DNA of 64,000 bases from Verrucomicrobiota bacterium (GTDB taxonomy: Bacteria > Verrucomicrobiota > Verrucomicrobiia > Verrucomicrobiales > DEV007), in contig JASFYY010000078.1 in NCBI GenBank assembly GCA_045046875.1, forward strand, positions 1 to 64,000, in the 5' to 3' direction. Position numbers and translations under genes: made by a program. Each line of letters opens with the position of its first letter. The stretch's first letter is position 1. The notes beneath the pieces are model-generated. The model saw nothing but the letters and a program-made list of their open reading frames with translations, did not search any database and had not been told where the DNA came from. Shown in pieces: positions 19,929 to 30,016 of this stretch.

Positions 19929-21206
19929 ATGAAAAATGTAAACTTCAATTTCGGCAAAAAACTCTCGCGGCGAAAGGTTCTGAAAGCTGCGGGTATTTCT
20001 TTGGGTTTGCCGATGCTCGATGCGATGATGCCGGCTTTTGCTGCCAAATCATCAGAGCCTAAAACCAAGCGTTTTGTCGGGCTTAGTTTGTCGCTGGGTT
20101 TGCATGGGCCTAATCTGGTTCCTGAGCAGGTGGGAGAAGATTACCAGGCTTCAAGATACCTGAAATCCTTGCAGGATGTTCGCAATGATTTCACGATTGT
20201 ATCCGGAACCTCGCATCCCGGGGTCACCGGGGGGCACACGGCGGAGGGTAGTATTTTTTCAGCTTGCCCGAATCAACGTGGTGCGACATCGCGCAATACT
20301 ATTTCTCTTGATCAGTTGATGGCCAAAAACTTTGGCCATGAGACGCGCTTTCCTTCGTTGGTATTGAATGCCGGAGGCAGTACCAGCCCATCTTATACCG
20401 AAAACGGGGCAATGATCCCGGCGGAAAAAAGTGCGATGAAGGTCTTCACCAAACTGTTTGTCGATGACTCTCCCAAAGAACAGCGGCGGCAGGCGGAATT
20501 GATTCGTCAGGGACACAGTGTGATGGATGTGGTGGGAGCCGAGGCCAAAAAACTGCAAGGCGAACTGGGCAAGGCGGACGGTGAAAAGCTCGATGCTTGG
20601 TACACCAGTGTGAGAGAACTCGAAAAGCGACTTGAAGCTAACGAAGCGTGGGTCAGCCGTCCCAAACCCAAAGTTGATAAACGCCTGTCCAAAATTGACC
20701 GCAATAATATCATCACGGTTGAAAAGGCGATGTTCGAAGTGATTTTTCTCGCTTTGCAAACGGACTCAACACGTTTTGTCACGCTGCATATTCCGGGCAA
20801 TGCACGGGCGACCAGTCTTGAGGGGGTCGAAGAGGGGTATCACAGTCTTAGCCATCATGGCCTGGACGAAGAAAAACTCGAGCAACTGGCCATTGTGGAG
20901 CAGGCGGTGATTGACGAATGGGGTGATTTTTTGCGTAAACTTAAAGCGGCAGAACTGGCGGAAAATACTTTGCTGGACGAAACGATGACCTTGTTAACTT
21001 CTAATTTAGGCAACGCATCCAGTCACAATAACAAAAACATGCCGGTGTTGTTTGGGGGAGGTGGGTTCAAACATGGACGGCATCTGGCCTTTGATCAGAA
21101 AAAAAACTACGCTCTGCCCAACCTCTATTTGAGCGCGCTGCATCAGTTGGGACTGCAGGAAGAGAACTTTGCTACCAGCACGGGCGAGATGGAGGGGTTG
21201 CTGTGA
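19929..21206 (+). CDS. Second DUF1552 (HXXSHH) protein
   Basis: LSRRKVLKAAG..LPMLDAM, SLDQ, YHSLSHHG, LLDET, NLYLS. Confidence 0.88.
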   Translation: MKNVNFNFGKKLSRRKVLKAAGISLGLPMLDAMMPAFAAKSSEPKTKRFVGLSLSLGLHGPNLVPEQVGEDYQASRYLKSLQDVRNDFTIVSGTSHPGVTGGHTAEGSIFSACPNQRGATSRNTISLDQLMAKNFGHETRFPSLVLNAGGSTSPSYTENGAMIPAEKSAMKVFTKLFVDDSPKEQRRQAELIRQGHSVMDVVGAEAKKLQGELGKADGEKLDAWYTSVRELEKRLEANEAWVSRPKPKVDKRLSKIDRNNIITVEKAMFEVIFLALQTDSTRFVTLHIPGNARATSLEGVEEGYHSLSHHGLDEEKLEQLAIVEQAVIDEWGDFLRKLKAAELAENTLLDETMTLLTSNLGNASSHNNKNMPVLFGGGGFKHGRHLAFDQKKNYALPNLYLSALHQLGLQEENFATSTGEMEGLL

Positions 21207-21235
21207 CGGCGTAGGTGTGGGAATAGAAGAGGGTA

Positions 21236-21441
21236 GACCGCGGATGGACACGGATAAGAGGGGATGATTTCAGGCAAAGGAATGGGTGATTCGTTTATCT
21301 ATCGAAACGTTCATCACCACGCAATGCCATTGCGTTCCACAGTGTGGAGCGGATTGGCAATCCGCTCTATTGGGTGATTGTTCATTTGCCTTTGGGTATT
21401 TTCCTCCCTCTTATCCGTGTTTATCGGTGTGATCCGTGGTT
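21236..21441. repeat. Nested palindromic element between convergent genes
   Basis: Outer arms CACGGATAAGAGGG / CCCTCTTATCCGTG enclose a GTGG-REP doublet at 21318-21366. Confidence 0.75.
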
Positions 21442-21497
21442 AAAATTCTTTCCGAAAAAACGCGGATGTCGCGGTTAGAGGGGGCTTGACCAGGCGG

Positions 21498-22538
21498 TTA
21501 TTTTTTCTTTAGTCCAGCCGCTGCGTGAGCGGGGATCGGGCTTTCGAAACCTTCGTAGGCTGAGGGTTTGATGCCTTTGGCGTAGCTCTTGCCGCTGAAT
21601 GTATTCGGTTGGTAGGGGCCGACAAAAGCAATGTTGGAATCGGCTTTGATCTGATCTTCGAGGCTCAGTGACCAATAAACAGCATTCAGGATCATGCGTC
21701 GGTAACCGTCGTTGAGAATATCTTCCGAAGCTCCGTAGAGGGAAGTGAAGGCGCGGCCTTTGGCTCCGTTTTCTCCTTTGTATTCGCGGGTCCATTCACT
21801 GGCCATCGGAGGTTTGCTTTCATCGGGTTTGCCGTCGATTTGCATGGACATCAGGGGCTGGGCCATGGTGAGGATGTTCCAGTCGTCGGCAGGTTCGGCA
21901 TTGTAACCTCCGGCTTGAACATGAATGTTTTTGACCCCACGTAAAATAGGATGTTTGGCATTTTTCGGGATGATGGTGATACGGGTGCTTTGCTGGTGAT
22001 TTTTCCCGTAGTGTCCGACCCAGCTTTGACCGAGAACCTGATGGCCAAAACCTGCTTTGTAATCATCTCCGTCATAGCGGAAGTGGTATTTGTAATAAGG
22101 ATCGTTTTTGTCCTTGTAGTTGAAAGCGTGGGTTGAAGTGCGCAAGCCGACCACCGGACCGCCGCGTTTGATATAAGCATCGAAGTGTTTCATCTGCTCG
22201 GGTGGCAGGGCGAGGAAACGGGCAAAAAGCACCAGGCCATCTGCGTTATCGAGGGCTTCGATGCCGGGAATGTTGGATTTGCCAGCTTCGATTTCACCTT
22301 TGTCGTCGATACCGAATAATACCGTGCAGTCGAAACCATGATGTTTGGCGAGGATTCGTGCCAGCGCGGGAATGGTTTCTTCGGAACGGTATTCGTGGTC
22401 GTCGCCGATGAGAACCAGCTTGATTCCCTTGGCCGGTTCCGAGGCAGCATAGTGTAAGGGTTTGGCGTTAAGAGCGTTTGCCGAACAGAGCAGGGTGGCA
22501 AAGAGGGCGAAAATTTTGATGGTGCGTGAGAGTTTCAT
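21498..22538 (-). CDS. Secreted ThuA-like (class I glutamine amidotransferase-like) protein
   Basis: GDDHEYRSEE, GLRTSTHAF, HPILRGV, RMILNAVYW. Confidence 0.8.
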   Translation of the reverse strand: MKLSRTIKIFALFATLLCSANALNAKPLHYAASEPAKGIKLVLIGDDHEYRSEETIPALARILAKHHGFDCTVLFGIDDKGEIEAGKSNIPGIEALDNADGLVLFARFLALPPEQMKHFDAYIKRGGPVVGLRTSTHAFNYKDKNDPYYKYHFRYDGDDYKAGFGHQVLGQSWVGHYGKNHQQSTRITIIPKNAKHPILRGVKNIHVQAGGYNAEPADDWNILTMAQPLMSMQIDGKPDESKPPMASEWTREYKGENGAKGRAFTSLYGASEDILNDGYRRMILNAVYWSLSLEDQIKADSNIAFVGPYQPNTFSGKSYAKGIKPSAYEGFESPIPAHAAAGLKKK

Positions 22539-22726
22539 GTTATGGAAATTTGTCAGGTTCTATTCTAGCGTAACACGGTGAAGTTACGATTGCCATATCT
22601 ATCCCCAAGGTACGTGATCACGGCTGATTTTGATGTAACAGGTTTTGGGAAGGATAAACCTGTTTGTGGTTGATACCCTCTTATGAAAATTGAACGCTGG
22701 GGGGATTTGCCCTACTTATAAGGACA

Positions 22727-23665
22727 ATGAAGAAAATAATTTTAATCATCGCCTTGAATTTGTCAGCATGGGTTTCAGGTTTCGCAGCAGAGGGTTTTTC
22801 TATTTCGGCTGTAAAAGGAGAGAATGTGACCGTTGAGTATAATGGTAAGCCGGTGGTAAAATTAATGACCGCAAATGACAAGTCGTCGGAACAAAAGGCT
22901 CACGAAACGTATAAGGTCTATCTCCACGTGATGGATCCCACCGATGCGAAGGGGGAAAAGACTATAACTAAAGGAGTGGGCGATCCTTATACCCATCATC
23001 GCGGCATTTACATTGGCTGGTCAAAAACGAAAATTGACGGCAAGAGCTATGACACCTGGCATATGAAAAACGGGGTGCGTCAGGAGTTCGCCAAGATCAT
23101 CAGTCAGAAAGCGACGGCTGGATCGGCAACTTTCACTGCGGCGATTAATTGGATAGTAGGAGAGGAACTCTTACTTTCCGAGCAGCGAACGTTTGAGGTG
23201 CGTAAGTTGGATGAAGATGGTGCGTTTATTCTGGATACGACCTCTCAAATCACTGCGGTGAAAGCGGATGCGGAGCTCAACGGTGATCCGGAACATGCGG
23301 GTTGTCAGTTCAGGGCTTCTGCCGAGGTGGCAAAAAACAAATCAGCGAAGTATCTATTTCCGACTGGAAAAATGAGTGCCAAGGAAGTCACGGAATCCCG
23401 GGATATGCCGTGGGCGGCGATGACATTTGAGACCGGCGGCAAGAGTTATCACGTCCAGCACATGAGCCATCCCTCATTGCCAAAACCGCTTCGCTACAGC
23501 GCCTATCGTGATTATGGGCGTTTTGGCTCGTTTTTTGTGACGACGATCAAGAAGGGCGAAAGCGAGACGTTCAAAGTTCGATTTTTCATCAGTCCAGGTG
23601 CGTTTCCGGATTCGATGTTGGAGGATTCGAAGCGCCGTTCTGAGTTTTATGACAAAATGAAATAG
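22727..23665 (+). CDS. Secreted PmoA-like/DUF6807 family protein
   Basis: Signal peptide; YLH..T..HHRGIYIGW, E.R, RDYGRFG motifs. Confidence 0.7.
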   Translation: MKKIILIIALNLSAWVSGFAAEGFSISAVKGENVTVEYNGKPVVKLMTANDKSSEQKAHETYKVYLHVMDPTDAKGEKTITKGVGDPYTHHRGIYIGWSKTKIDGKSYDTWHMKNGVRQEFAKIISQKATAGSATFTAAINWIVGEELLLSEQRTFEVRKLDEDGAFILDTTSQITAVKADAELNGDPEHAGCQFRASAEVAKNKSAKYLFPTGKMSAKEVTESRDMPWAAMTFETGGKSYHVQHMSHPSLPKPLRYSAYRDYGRFGSFFVTTIKKGESETFKVRFFISPGAFPDSMLEDSKRRSEFYDKMK

Positions 23666-23700
23666 AGGCGCTCGGTTCTGCCATCCGGAACCATATTGCC

Positions 23701-24753
23701 TCAAGCCTTTATTTCCTCACTGGGGTAAGGTCTCAGACCGAGAAGAATCTCAGCTCTCTCGGTGAGTGGTTTGGCGGCGAATTCTTTCCCAGTGTGTCCA
23801 GCGAGGCTACTGCTGACGAGAGCATAAACGGCCTGACGGTCTTGACTGGTATCGAGTTCAACACACAGGTTTTTACTCTTGAAGAGCTCGACGGTGGGCA
23901 GGGTCTCAGCCTTGAAGGTATCGAATCTCAGCTTCACGCTGGCAAGATTATCGTCACTTCTGCCTGAATACTTGGCGCGGCCCAGGATACGTTTTTCGAG
24001 AACCGCATAGGGGCATTCAAAATACAGCATTTTAGGGAGCTCTTCCTCTCTGCCGAAGATATCATACCATCCTTCCAAATTATCTAAGGAGCGGGGGAAT
24101 CCATCGAGAAGAAAGTTGTTCCTTCCTGTCATTCTAGTGACATTCTCCATTGCGTTTTTGAGCAATTTCATAACGATTTCATTGGGCACCAACTTGCCCG
24201 CTGTGATGAACTCTTCGATGGTGTGCGCAGTTGGGCCGCCAGCCTCACGCTCAGCGCGCAGTAGATCCCCGGTGGACAAATGAGTCCAGCCGAGTTGAGA
24301 CTCGGCAAGTTCACACATCGTTCCTTTCCCAGTGCCAGGCCCTCCGAGAACAAAGACCACGTTGGGCTTGGGGCAGGGCTGTCGCGGGTCGTAGTGGTGG
24401 AGCACGACCTTGGGAGCCGGCGCGACGCCCTTATGGTAGACGTGCCATTCACTGTCAGTAGGCGGCATCGCAGCTTCGCTGGTGATATCGTAGGCTAGAT
24501 GACCATCGAGACGTGAGATTCTCCAGGATGTGTAGCTGTTCGAGTACGAGAGAGCAGGGCTTCGGGCAGCTTTTCCATCGGCTCGATCCCATGCCATCTT
24601 GCCGTTCCAATAACCCAGGCTTGATACGGTTCCCGATTCAGATTTGGCGGGAGGTGCCGTGGAAGGAACGAAGAGGCCGTCTACTTCAGGCAGGCCGCAT
24701 CCGGAGACTTCGAGAAAGAAGGTATTGGGTTTAAGTTCGTTAGTTTCTGACAT
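23701..24753 (-). CDS. Nucleoside monophosphate (UMP-CMP/adenylate) kinase with ~125-aa N-terminal domain
   Basis: VVFVLGGPGTGKGTMC, HLSTGDLLR, GKLVP, FLLDGFPR, GRSDDN. Confidence 0.88.
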   Translation of the reverse strand: MSETNELKPNTFFLEVSGCGLPEVDGLFVPSTAPPAKSESGTVSSLGYWNGKMAWDRADGKAARSPALSYSNSYTSWRISRLDGHLAYDITSEAAMPPTDSEWHVYHKGVAPAPKVVLHHYDPRQPCPKPNVVFVLGGPGTGKGTMCELAESQLGWTHLSTGDLLRAEREAGGPTAHTIEEFITAGKLVPNEIVMKLLKNAMENVTRMTGRNNFLLDGFPRSLDNLEGWYDIFGREEELPKMLYFECPYAVLEKRILGRAKYSGRSDDNLASVKLRFDTFKAETLPTVELFKSKNLCVELDTSQDRQAVYALVSSSLAGHTGKEFAAKPLTERAEILLGLRPYPSEEIKA

Positions 24754-24906
24754 GATGTTTTTTAGCTGTGGTGGGGGGTGGTTGAGTGGTGATGCAACGT
24801 GCCTCGGGTCGTTTGTATCACGGGTAGCCTTTGCGAGTCAATCTTTGCCGCTATCACGTTTGTTTTGCATTGTTTGTTTCGATTTTAACCGTCATAGTAA
24901 TTTCAC

Positions 24907-24981
24907 CACGCAATGCCATTGCGTTCCACATTCATCACTGCGCGTGTTTTTTCACACCGTGGAATGGATTGGCAATCCGTT
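24907..24981. repeat. GTGG-type REP doublet
   Basis: ACGCAATGCCATTGCGTTCCAC ... GTGGAATGGATTGGCAATCCGTT; left arm identical to 21319-21340. Confidence 0.8.
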
Positions 24982-24993
24982 TTTGCCTTTCAT

Positions 24994-26268
24994 TCAGCTG
25001 GAGACTTTTTTTGCTGGATTGACAAAAGCAAAGCTCAAGCCTCCGGCGAAATAGACCAGGGCAAAAAGAACCAGCACTAGATTCCAATTGGCAGTCCATT
25101 TAAAGAGGTAGCCGATGATCACCGGACAGGCGGCTGCGGCAAAGTTGCCGCTCATGTTCATCACTCCAAATACCTGGGGGATATGTTTGCCGCCGATATC
25201 GATGGTCGATGAAAAAGCACAGGGGCCGGCGATGGCGGCGGAGAAAGCGCCGGCGGTCAGTAGGGTGATCGCAAAGCTGATGTTGTGGATGAAATAAGCG
25301 CTCAGAATCAGGGCTCCACAGAGGAACATAAAGGTCGCGCCCACTCCGCCACGGCTCAAGCGCAGACTGCCGGTCTTTTTCCAGATCCAGTCGACCAGCA
25401 GGCCACCGAGCAGACTGCCGCCGAAGGTCGCGGCAAAGACCAATGCCTGGAGATAACCTGAATCAGCGACGGAAATATTGCGGGTTTCTTGAAGAAAGGT
25501 CGGGAACCAGCTGGCGAAAAACATGTAGCCGGAGGCTCTGAAAACTTGCTGCCCGCACAGCGCCCACATCGAGGGGTTGGAAAAAACAGCTGCCCAGGGA
25601 GTCGGCTCGTGACTTTGATCTTCGCTATCGGCTACGGCTTCATCACGTCCGGCTGCGATCAATTTCAGTTCAGCGGTATTCACTGAAGGATCCTGTTTGG
25701 GATCGTTCCAAAATCTGAGATAAAATACAATGGCCCAGAGAATGCTAGGGATGGCAAAAACGATGAAGACCCAACGCCAGCCGATTTGTGTTAGCAATAC
25801 CCCGGCAAGCACCGAAGAGACGATCGCGCCGACTTGCATGCCTGAAGCCAGCACCCCACAGGAAAAAGACTGGCGGGCCAGTGGTATCCAGTGAGAGATC
25901 GAGTTGCAGGAAGCTGGAAAGATGCCGGCCTGGGCAATGCCCATCACCAGTTGGCCGAGTATCAACATCCATAATACCGGGGCTAAACCCAGAAGGATGC
26001 CGGCGACTGCCCAGCCGAGTGAAAAAACGGTCAGCGCAATTTTTGATCCCCAGCGATGCGCCATCCATCCGCCGGGAACCTGGAAGAGGGCATAAGTCCA
26101 GAAAAATGCTCCCATGAACCATCCGGATTCGGTTAAGGTCAAGCCGAGGTCTTCACGGATCGTGGACTCGGCGACACCTACGGAATTCCTGCAAAGATAA
26201 GCTAAGGCTGCGGCAAGTGTCAGCCAGGTGAGCACTCGAATACGAACCCATGTGGGGCGGCCGTTCAT
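24994..26268 (-). CDS. MFS transporter, anion:cation symporter (sugar-acid transporter) type
   Basis: ~12 hydrophobic segments; AYLCR, AFFWTYALFQVPGG, GWRWVF, WFPTFL, MNMSGN. Confidence 0.9.
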   Translation of the reverse strand: MNGRPTWVRIRVLTWLTLAAALAYLCRNSVGVAESTIREDLGLTLTESGWFMGAFFWTYALFQVPGGWMAHRWGSKIALTVFSLGWAVAGILLGLAPVLWMLILGQLVMGIAQAGIFPASCNSISHWIPLARQSFSCGVLASGMQVGAIVSSVLAGVLLTQIGWRWVFIVFAIPSILWAIVFYLRFWNDPKQDPSVNTAELKLIAAGRDEAVADSEDQSHEPTPWAAVFSNPSMWALCGQQVFRASGYMFFASWFPTFLQETRNISVADSGYLQALVFAATFGGSLLGGLLVDWIWKKTGSLRLSRGGVGATFMFLCGALILSAYFIHNISFAITLLTAGAFSAAIAGPCAFSSTIDIGGKHIPQVFGVMNMSGNFAAAACPVIIGYLFKWTANWNLVLVLFALVYFAGGLSFAFVNPAKKVSS

Positions 26269-27692
26269 AGATCCTGGAGTTCTTGACAGATCCCCGCTTT
26301 TAATTTTTCAAGACTGCCCGCCGCAAAAGGAGTCTGCCAAACTTGATAAACATCTTCATCATACAGTTCAGCCAGTGGTAGGTAACCCATCGAACCGTTG
26401 GCGAGATTGAGGTAAATCACCGGAGAGTCTGGAAACTCTTTGCGCAGTTCCTGTTGAATCCACGAATAGCTTTCGAGCATGTTGGCAATCAGGAAAGCGT
26501 CGCCGATTTTCCAGATCCATATGGGTAGGCTGTAAGTATCGCCATCACCAAGACTGCGACGGATATCGCGTTTTCGTCGCAAGCGCTCCTGTGTTTGCCG
26601 CTCCGTTGCAGCGAGCATTTGTCGCTCCAGTTCTTCGGCGGAAGGCCAGTTTTTCAGTGGCAGGTCGACTGTTGTCTGGAGCGATTTTAATTCAGTGGAT
26701 GGTGAGCCGCTCTCTCTTTTCCAAATAGCCAGCGGTGCTCCGGATTCGCAAACGCCAGCAAAGGTCAATTGCTGGCCAGCGGGTTCCATGCCGCTTAAGG
26801 TGGACAGGATCGCGTAGCCGAGTTCTTTGCCGTGACCATCGGCAACTGCCGGGTCACCGACGTATTGATAGCGAGGAGACAGTTCGCCGGAGGCTCCTTG
26901 GAGAAAAAAAGCGAGGGTATCGGTTTGTTCTTTTTCAATCGTCTCGCGCATCGCTCCGATGAAATCCGGCGAGATCAATCGATTGTCCCAGGCGAGGGTG
27001 GTGGGGTGACAGGCGTAATTGGCAATGATGGCGAGTGTTTTGCCGTCGTCGTTAGAGACACGGCCAACCAGCAGGGTGTCGTCGGCTTCGGCGTCAGGAT
27101 CGAATCCGCAGATTCGGCGGTTGTCACGAGAAGGATCCGGGTCGCACAAATCCCGGGCAGTAGCCAGTTGGCATTTTCCGGCGCGCCATTCGATGGTCAC
27201 CGTTTGCACGGATTGCATGGCGAGTTGGACCACCTCGATGGCGCGGTTGCGGACTTGGTCGAGGAAAGGCAAAAGCAGATCCCCGCCTTGCCACTCCTCA
27301 TCGACTTGATCGGTTAAAGGAGGAGAGGCATGGGTGTGGGTCAGGGCGAATATGAATCGTGACTCATCCAGGTTGCATGCTTTTAGAATAGTATCACGGA
27401 AGCTGCGCTCCAGTTCCAAACTTCGCCACCAGCCTAGGTCGGCGTCGACGATGACCAGTGGTTTGCCCTCTTTCGAGTCCTGGATCACCAGCGCGCTGAT
27501 AAAAAGCGGGCGATGGATTCCTTCGGCGGTATCATGCGCCGCGGCCCCCCAGTTGCGGGCATAGATGCCCACTGCGGGAGTGATGTCCGCACGTGCCATG
27601 CCGGCTCGGCCGGAGAATCCTGGGGGTTTAAATTGCAAATTCACGCAGAACAGCTTTAGCATGTTGAGCAGCGGATGCAATACCATGATCAC
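26265..27692 (-). CDS. Neutral/alkaline ceramidase-like amidohydrolase
   Basis: ADITP, THTHASP, NYACHPT, SPDFIG, FLQGASG, GYLP; start uncertain (27662 or 27644 also possible). Confidence 0.7.
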   Translation of the reverse strand: MIMVLHPLLNMLKLFCVNLQFKPPGFSGRAGMARADITPAVGIYARNWGAAAHDTAEGIHRPLFISALVIQDSKEGKPLVIVDADLGWWRSLELERSFRDTILKACNLDESRFIFALTHTHASPPLTDQVDEEWQGGDLLLPFLDQVRNRAIEVVQLAMQSVQTVTIEWRAGKCQLATARDLCDPDPSRDNRRICGFDPDAEADDTLLVGRVSNDDGKTLAIIANYACHPTTLAWDNRLISPDFIGAMRETIEKEQTDTLAFFLQGASGELSPRYQYVGDPAVADGHGKELGYAILSTLSGMEPAGQQLTFAGVCESGAPLAIWKRESGSPSTELKSLQTTVDLPLKNWPSAEELERQMLAATERQTQERLRRKRDIRRSLGDGDTYSLPIWIWKIGDAFLIANMLESYSWIQQELRKEFPDSPVIYLNLANGSMGYLPLAELYDEDVYQVWQTPFAAGSLEKLKAGICQELQDL

Positions 27693-27726
27693 ATATCATG
27701 AAGATCTCCTGCTATGAATTTTTTTT

Positions 27727-27925
27727 AACCACGGATGGCACGGATGACACGGATAAGATAAATGCATGGGAATAAAGGGGAAGATTCCTATCATGAAATT
27801 GAGATTGGGAAGGTATTGTGTATTTTTCTCCAGTTGCTTCGACTTCGTCTCATCAGTGTTCATTTGCCTTCGGTCAATTTCCTCCGGCTATCTCCGCTTC
27901 GCTCCGGTTGTGCAAATCAGGGGTT
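27727..27925. repeat. AACCACGGAT-type imperfect palindromic element containing a nested ~30-nt module
   Basis: Left arm AACCACGGATGGCACGGATGACACGGAT; degenerate right arm ATCAGTGTTCAT...AATCAGGGGTT interrupted by the module at 27878-27908. Confidence 0.6.
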
Positions 27926-27978
27926 AATTTTTTTTGTCGTGTGGTATTAAATAGGATTATCGCGTAGCCTGCAAAAAT

Positions 27979-29157
27979 ATGAAAATCACCTCCATCGAAA
28001 CTCACGTTTGTCACGCGCGCATGCGGAACTGGATTTTTGTCAAAGTGTTGACTGATCAACCGGGTCTTTATGGCTGGGGGGAAGCGACGCTTGAGTGGCA
28101 TACCAAGGGAGTGTTGGGTTCGATTGAGGATCTGGCAGAGCTGGTGGTGGGGGAAGATCCTCGGCGAGTCGAACATCTGTGGCAGATGATGCATCGCCAG
28201 CATTTTTGGCATGGGCACGGTGCGGTGCGGGCTACGGCCATTGCGGGTATCGATCTTGCGTTGTGGGATATCCTCGGCAAAGTCGCTAATCTTCCCTGCG
28301 CGCAATTGTGGGGCGGGCCGGTGCGTGATTATGTGCGCACCTACTGTCATCTTGGCGGTGGCAACATGGAGGATTTTTATGGAACAGCTGCCGACGATGC
28401 CAAGAAGTTTGGTGAATTGGCACAGGCGGCGGTTGAAGACGGTTACACCGCTTTCAAGTCGATGGCGGTTCCTCCGACGATGCCGATCGAGGGATTAAAA
28501 CCGATCCGCGCCGCGGAAGCGGCAGTGGCGGCGATGCGGGAAGCGGTGGGTGATGACATCGACATCATGGTGGATTGCCATGCGCGTCCTTCACCGGCGA
28601 TGGGTCTGCAGTTTGCCAAAGCGCTTGAACCTTACGGTTTGTATTTTTTCGAAGAGCCCTGTTGGCCGGAAAGCATCGATGGTCTGGCGATGATCAATGC
28701 GGCGGTGACCACACCGATTGCCACCGGTGAACGAGTGACCAATCTGGCGGCCTTCCGCGATTTGTTCAACGCAAGGGCGTGTGAAATCTGTCAGCTCGAC
28801 ATCACTCATTGCGGAGGATTGAGCGAGGCGCGTCGGATCGCGGCTTTGGCGGAGGCGCATCGTATCGCACTCGCACCGCATAATCCCCAGGGTCCGGTCA
28901 GCACCGCAGCTTCCTTGGAGTTTGGTTTTTCCCAACCGAGTTACATCATCTGCGAAACGGTGCACAACGATGTGCCCTGGCGTGATGACATCATCGATGA
29001 CGGCTGGACGATGGAAAAAGAGGGGCGCATTGTGCGGCCTAATCAACGGCCCGGACTCGGCATCGAATTAAACGAAGATGAAATCAAAAAACATCCGCCC
29101 GAGAAAGAAGTGATCCAGCGGGTTTTTTATAAAGATGGCAGTGTGGGGGATTGGTGA
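27979..29157 (+). CDS. dgoD: Galactonate dehydratase-like enolase-superfamily enzyme
   Basis: [52 protein letters not shown]-terminus. Confidence 0.82.
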   Translation: MKITSIETHVCHARMRNWIFVKVLTDQPGLYGWGEATLEWHTKGVLGSIEDLAELVVGEDPRRVEHLWQMMHRQHFWHGHGAVRATAIAGIDLALWDILGKVANLPCAQLWGGPVRDYVRTYCHLGGGNMEDFYGTAADDAKKFGELAQAAVEDGYTAFKSMAVPPTMPIEGLKPIRAAEAAVAAMREAVGDDIDIMVDCHARPSPAMGLQFAKALEPYGLYFFEEPCWPESIDGLAMINAAVTTPIATGERVTNLAAFRDLFNARACEICQLDITHCGGLSEARRIAALAEAHRIALAPHNPQGPVSTAASLEFGFSQPSYIICETVHNDVPWRDDIIDDGWTMEKEGRIVRPNQRPGLGIELNEDEIKKHPPEKEVIQRVFYKDGSVGDW

Positions 29158-29258
29158 AGGTTTGAGCAATCGTATTTCTGTTTTTCAAAGCTAAAAGCAT
29201 GGGGTATCTATTGATTGCCGTGCCCATAAGTTCTAGTAATCGATAATTTGCTTCTAAA

Positions 29259-29858
29259 ATGAAATCATTAATCACCTTAATTCTAATTGCAGTCCTGCCG
29301 CTTGCTCTGTCAGCTAAAGATGAGAACCGGAATGACTGGCTGATCGACCCTGCCGCCAAGGTAGGAAAAATAAACAAAAGCACTTCGGAAGAAGATTTGA
29401 TCAAAATTTACGGGAAAGAAAATGTGAAGCGGCAGAAGCTCCCGGTTGGGGAGGGCATGTTTGTTGAAGGGGCGGTTCTGTTTCCAGGGACAAAAAATGA
29501 ATTGTTGATTGAGTGGAAGGGTGAGCTGAAAAACCCGGAAAGGATTACGATCAGTTCGCCGAAAGGTTCATGGCGGTTTTCCAATGGGCTGAAAATAGGA
29601 GACTCTTTGGAGGAAGTTGAAAAATATAATGCAGCGGTTTTCAGGCTTAGCGGATTTGAATGGGATTACCCGGGTAGAACCACCTCATGGGAAAAAGGAA
29701 AGCTTTCTAAAAATTTGCAATTGGACTTCGCGACGGACAAAGAGCTTGCGGAGAGTGATGCGCAAAAAATTGCGGGAGATGGGACCTTCAAGAGTTCAAA
29801 CAAAGTCATGAAAAAAATGAAACTTAAGGTGAAAACCATTTTTATCAGGTGGGACTGA
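29259..29858 (+). CDS. Secreted hypothetical protein
   Basis: 199-aa ORF with signal peptide; GEG and F..SGFEWDY motifs. Confidence 0.75.
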   Translation: MKSLITLILIAVLPLALSAKDENRNDWLIDPAAKVGKINKSTSEEDLIKIYGKENVKRQKLPVGEGMFVEGAVLFPGTKNELLIEWKGELKNPERITISSPKGSWRFSNGLKIGDSLEEVEKYNAAVFRLSGFEWDYPGRTTSWEKGKLSKNLQLDFATDKELAESDAQKIAGDGTFKSSNKVMKKMKLKVKTIFIRWD

Positions 29859-30016
29859 GAAAAGTGGGGGTCGGGTTGACGTAAATCCCGATGGGAAGAC
29901 CGCTGCCGCATCAAAACTGGGAACTGCCTATTTGTTAAGGTAGCAGGCACACGAACCCGCTGGCCCTGGTTTACGAATAATCTCGATTAGTCTGTAGCGG
30001 GCCAAGAGGTCGTCTG

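Noticed and set aside
22569..22588. CGTAAC-N8-GTTACG inverted repeat (and GTTGAAC-N12-GTTCAAC at 12685-12710)
   Set aside because: Arms of 6-7 bp are expected by chance in 64 kb; no second instance seen
22727..23665. Methane monooxygenase activity for the PmoA-like protein
   Set aside because: Soluble secreted protein with no TM helices and no pmoB/pmoC nearby; the family name is misleading
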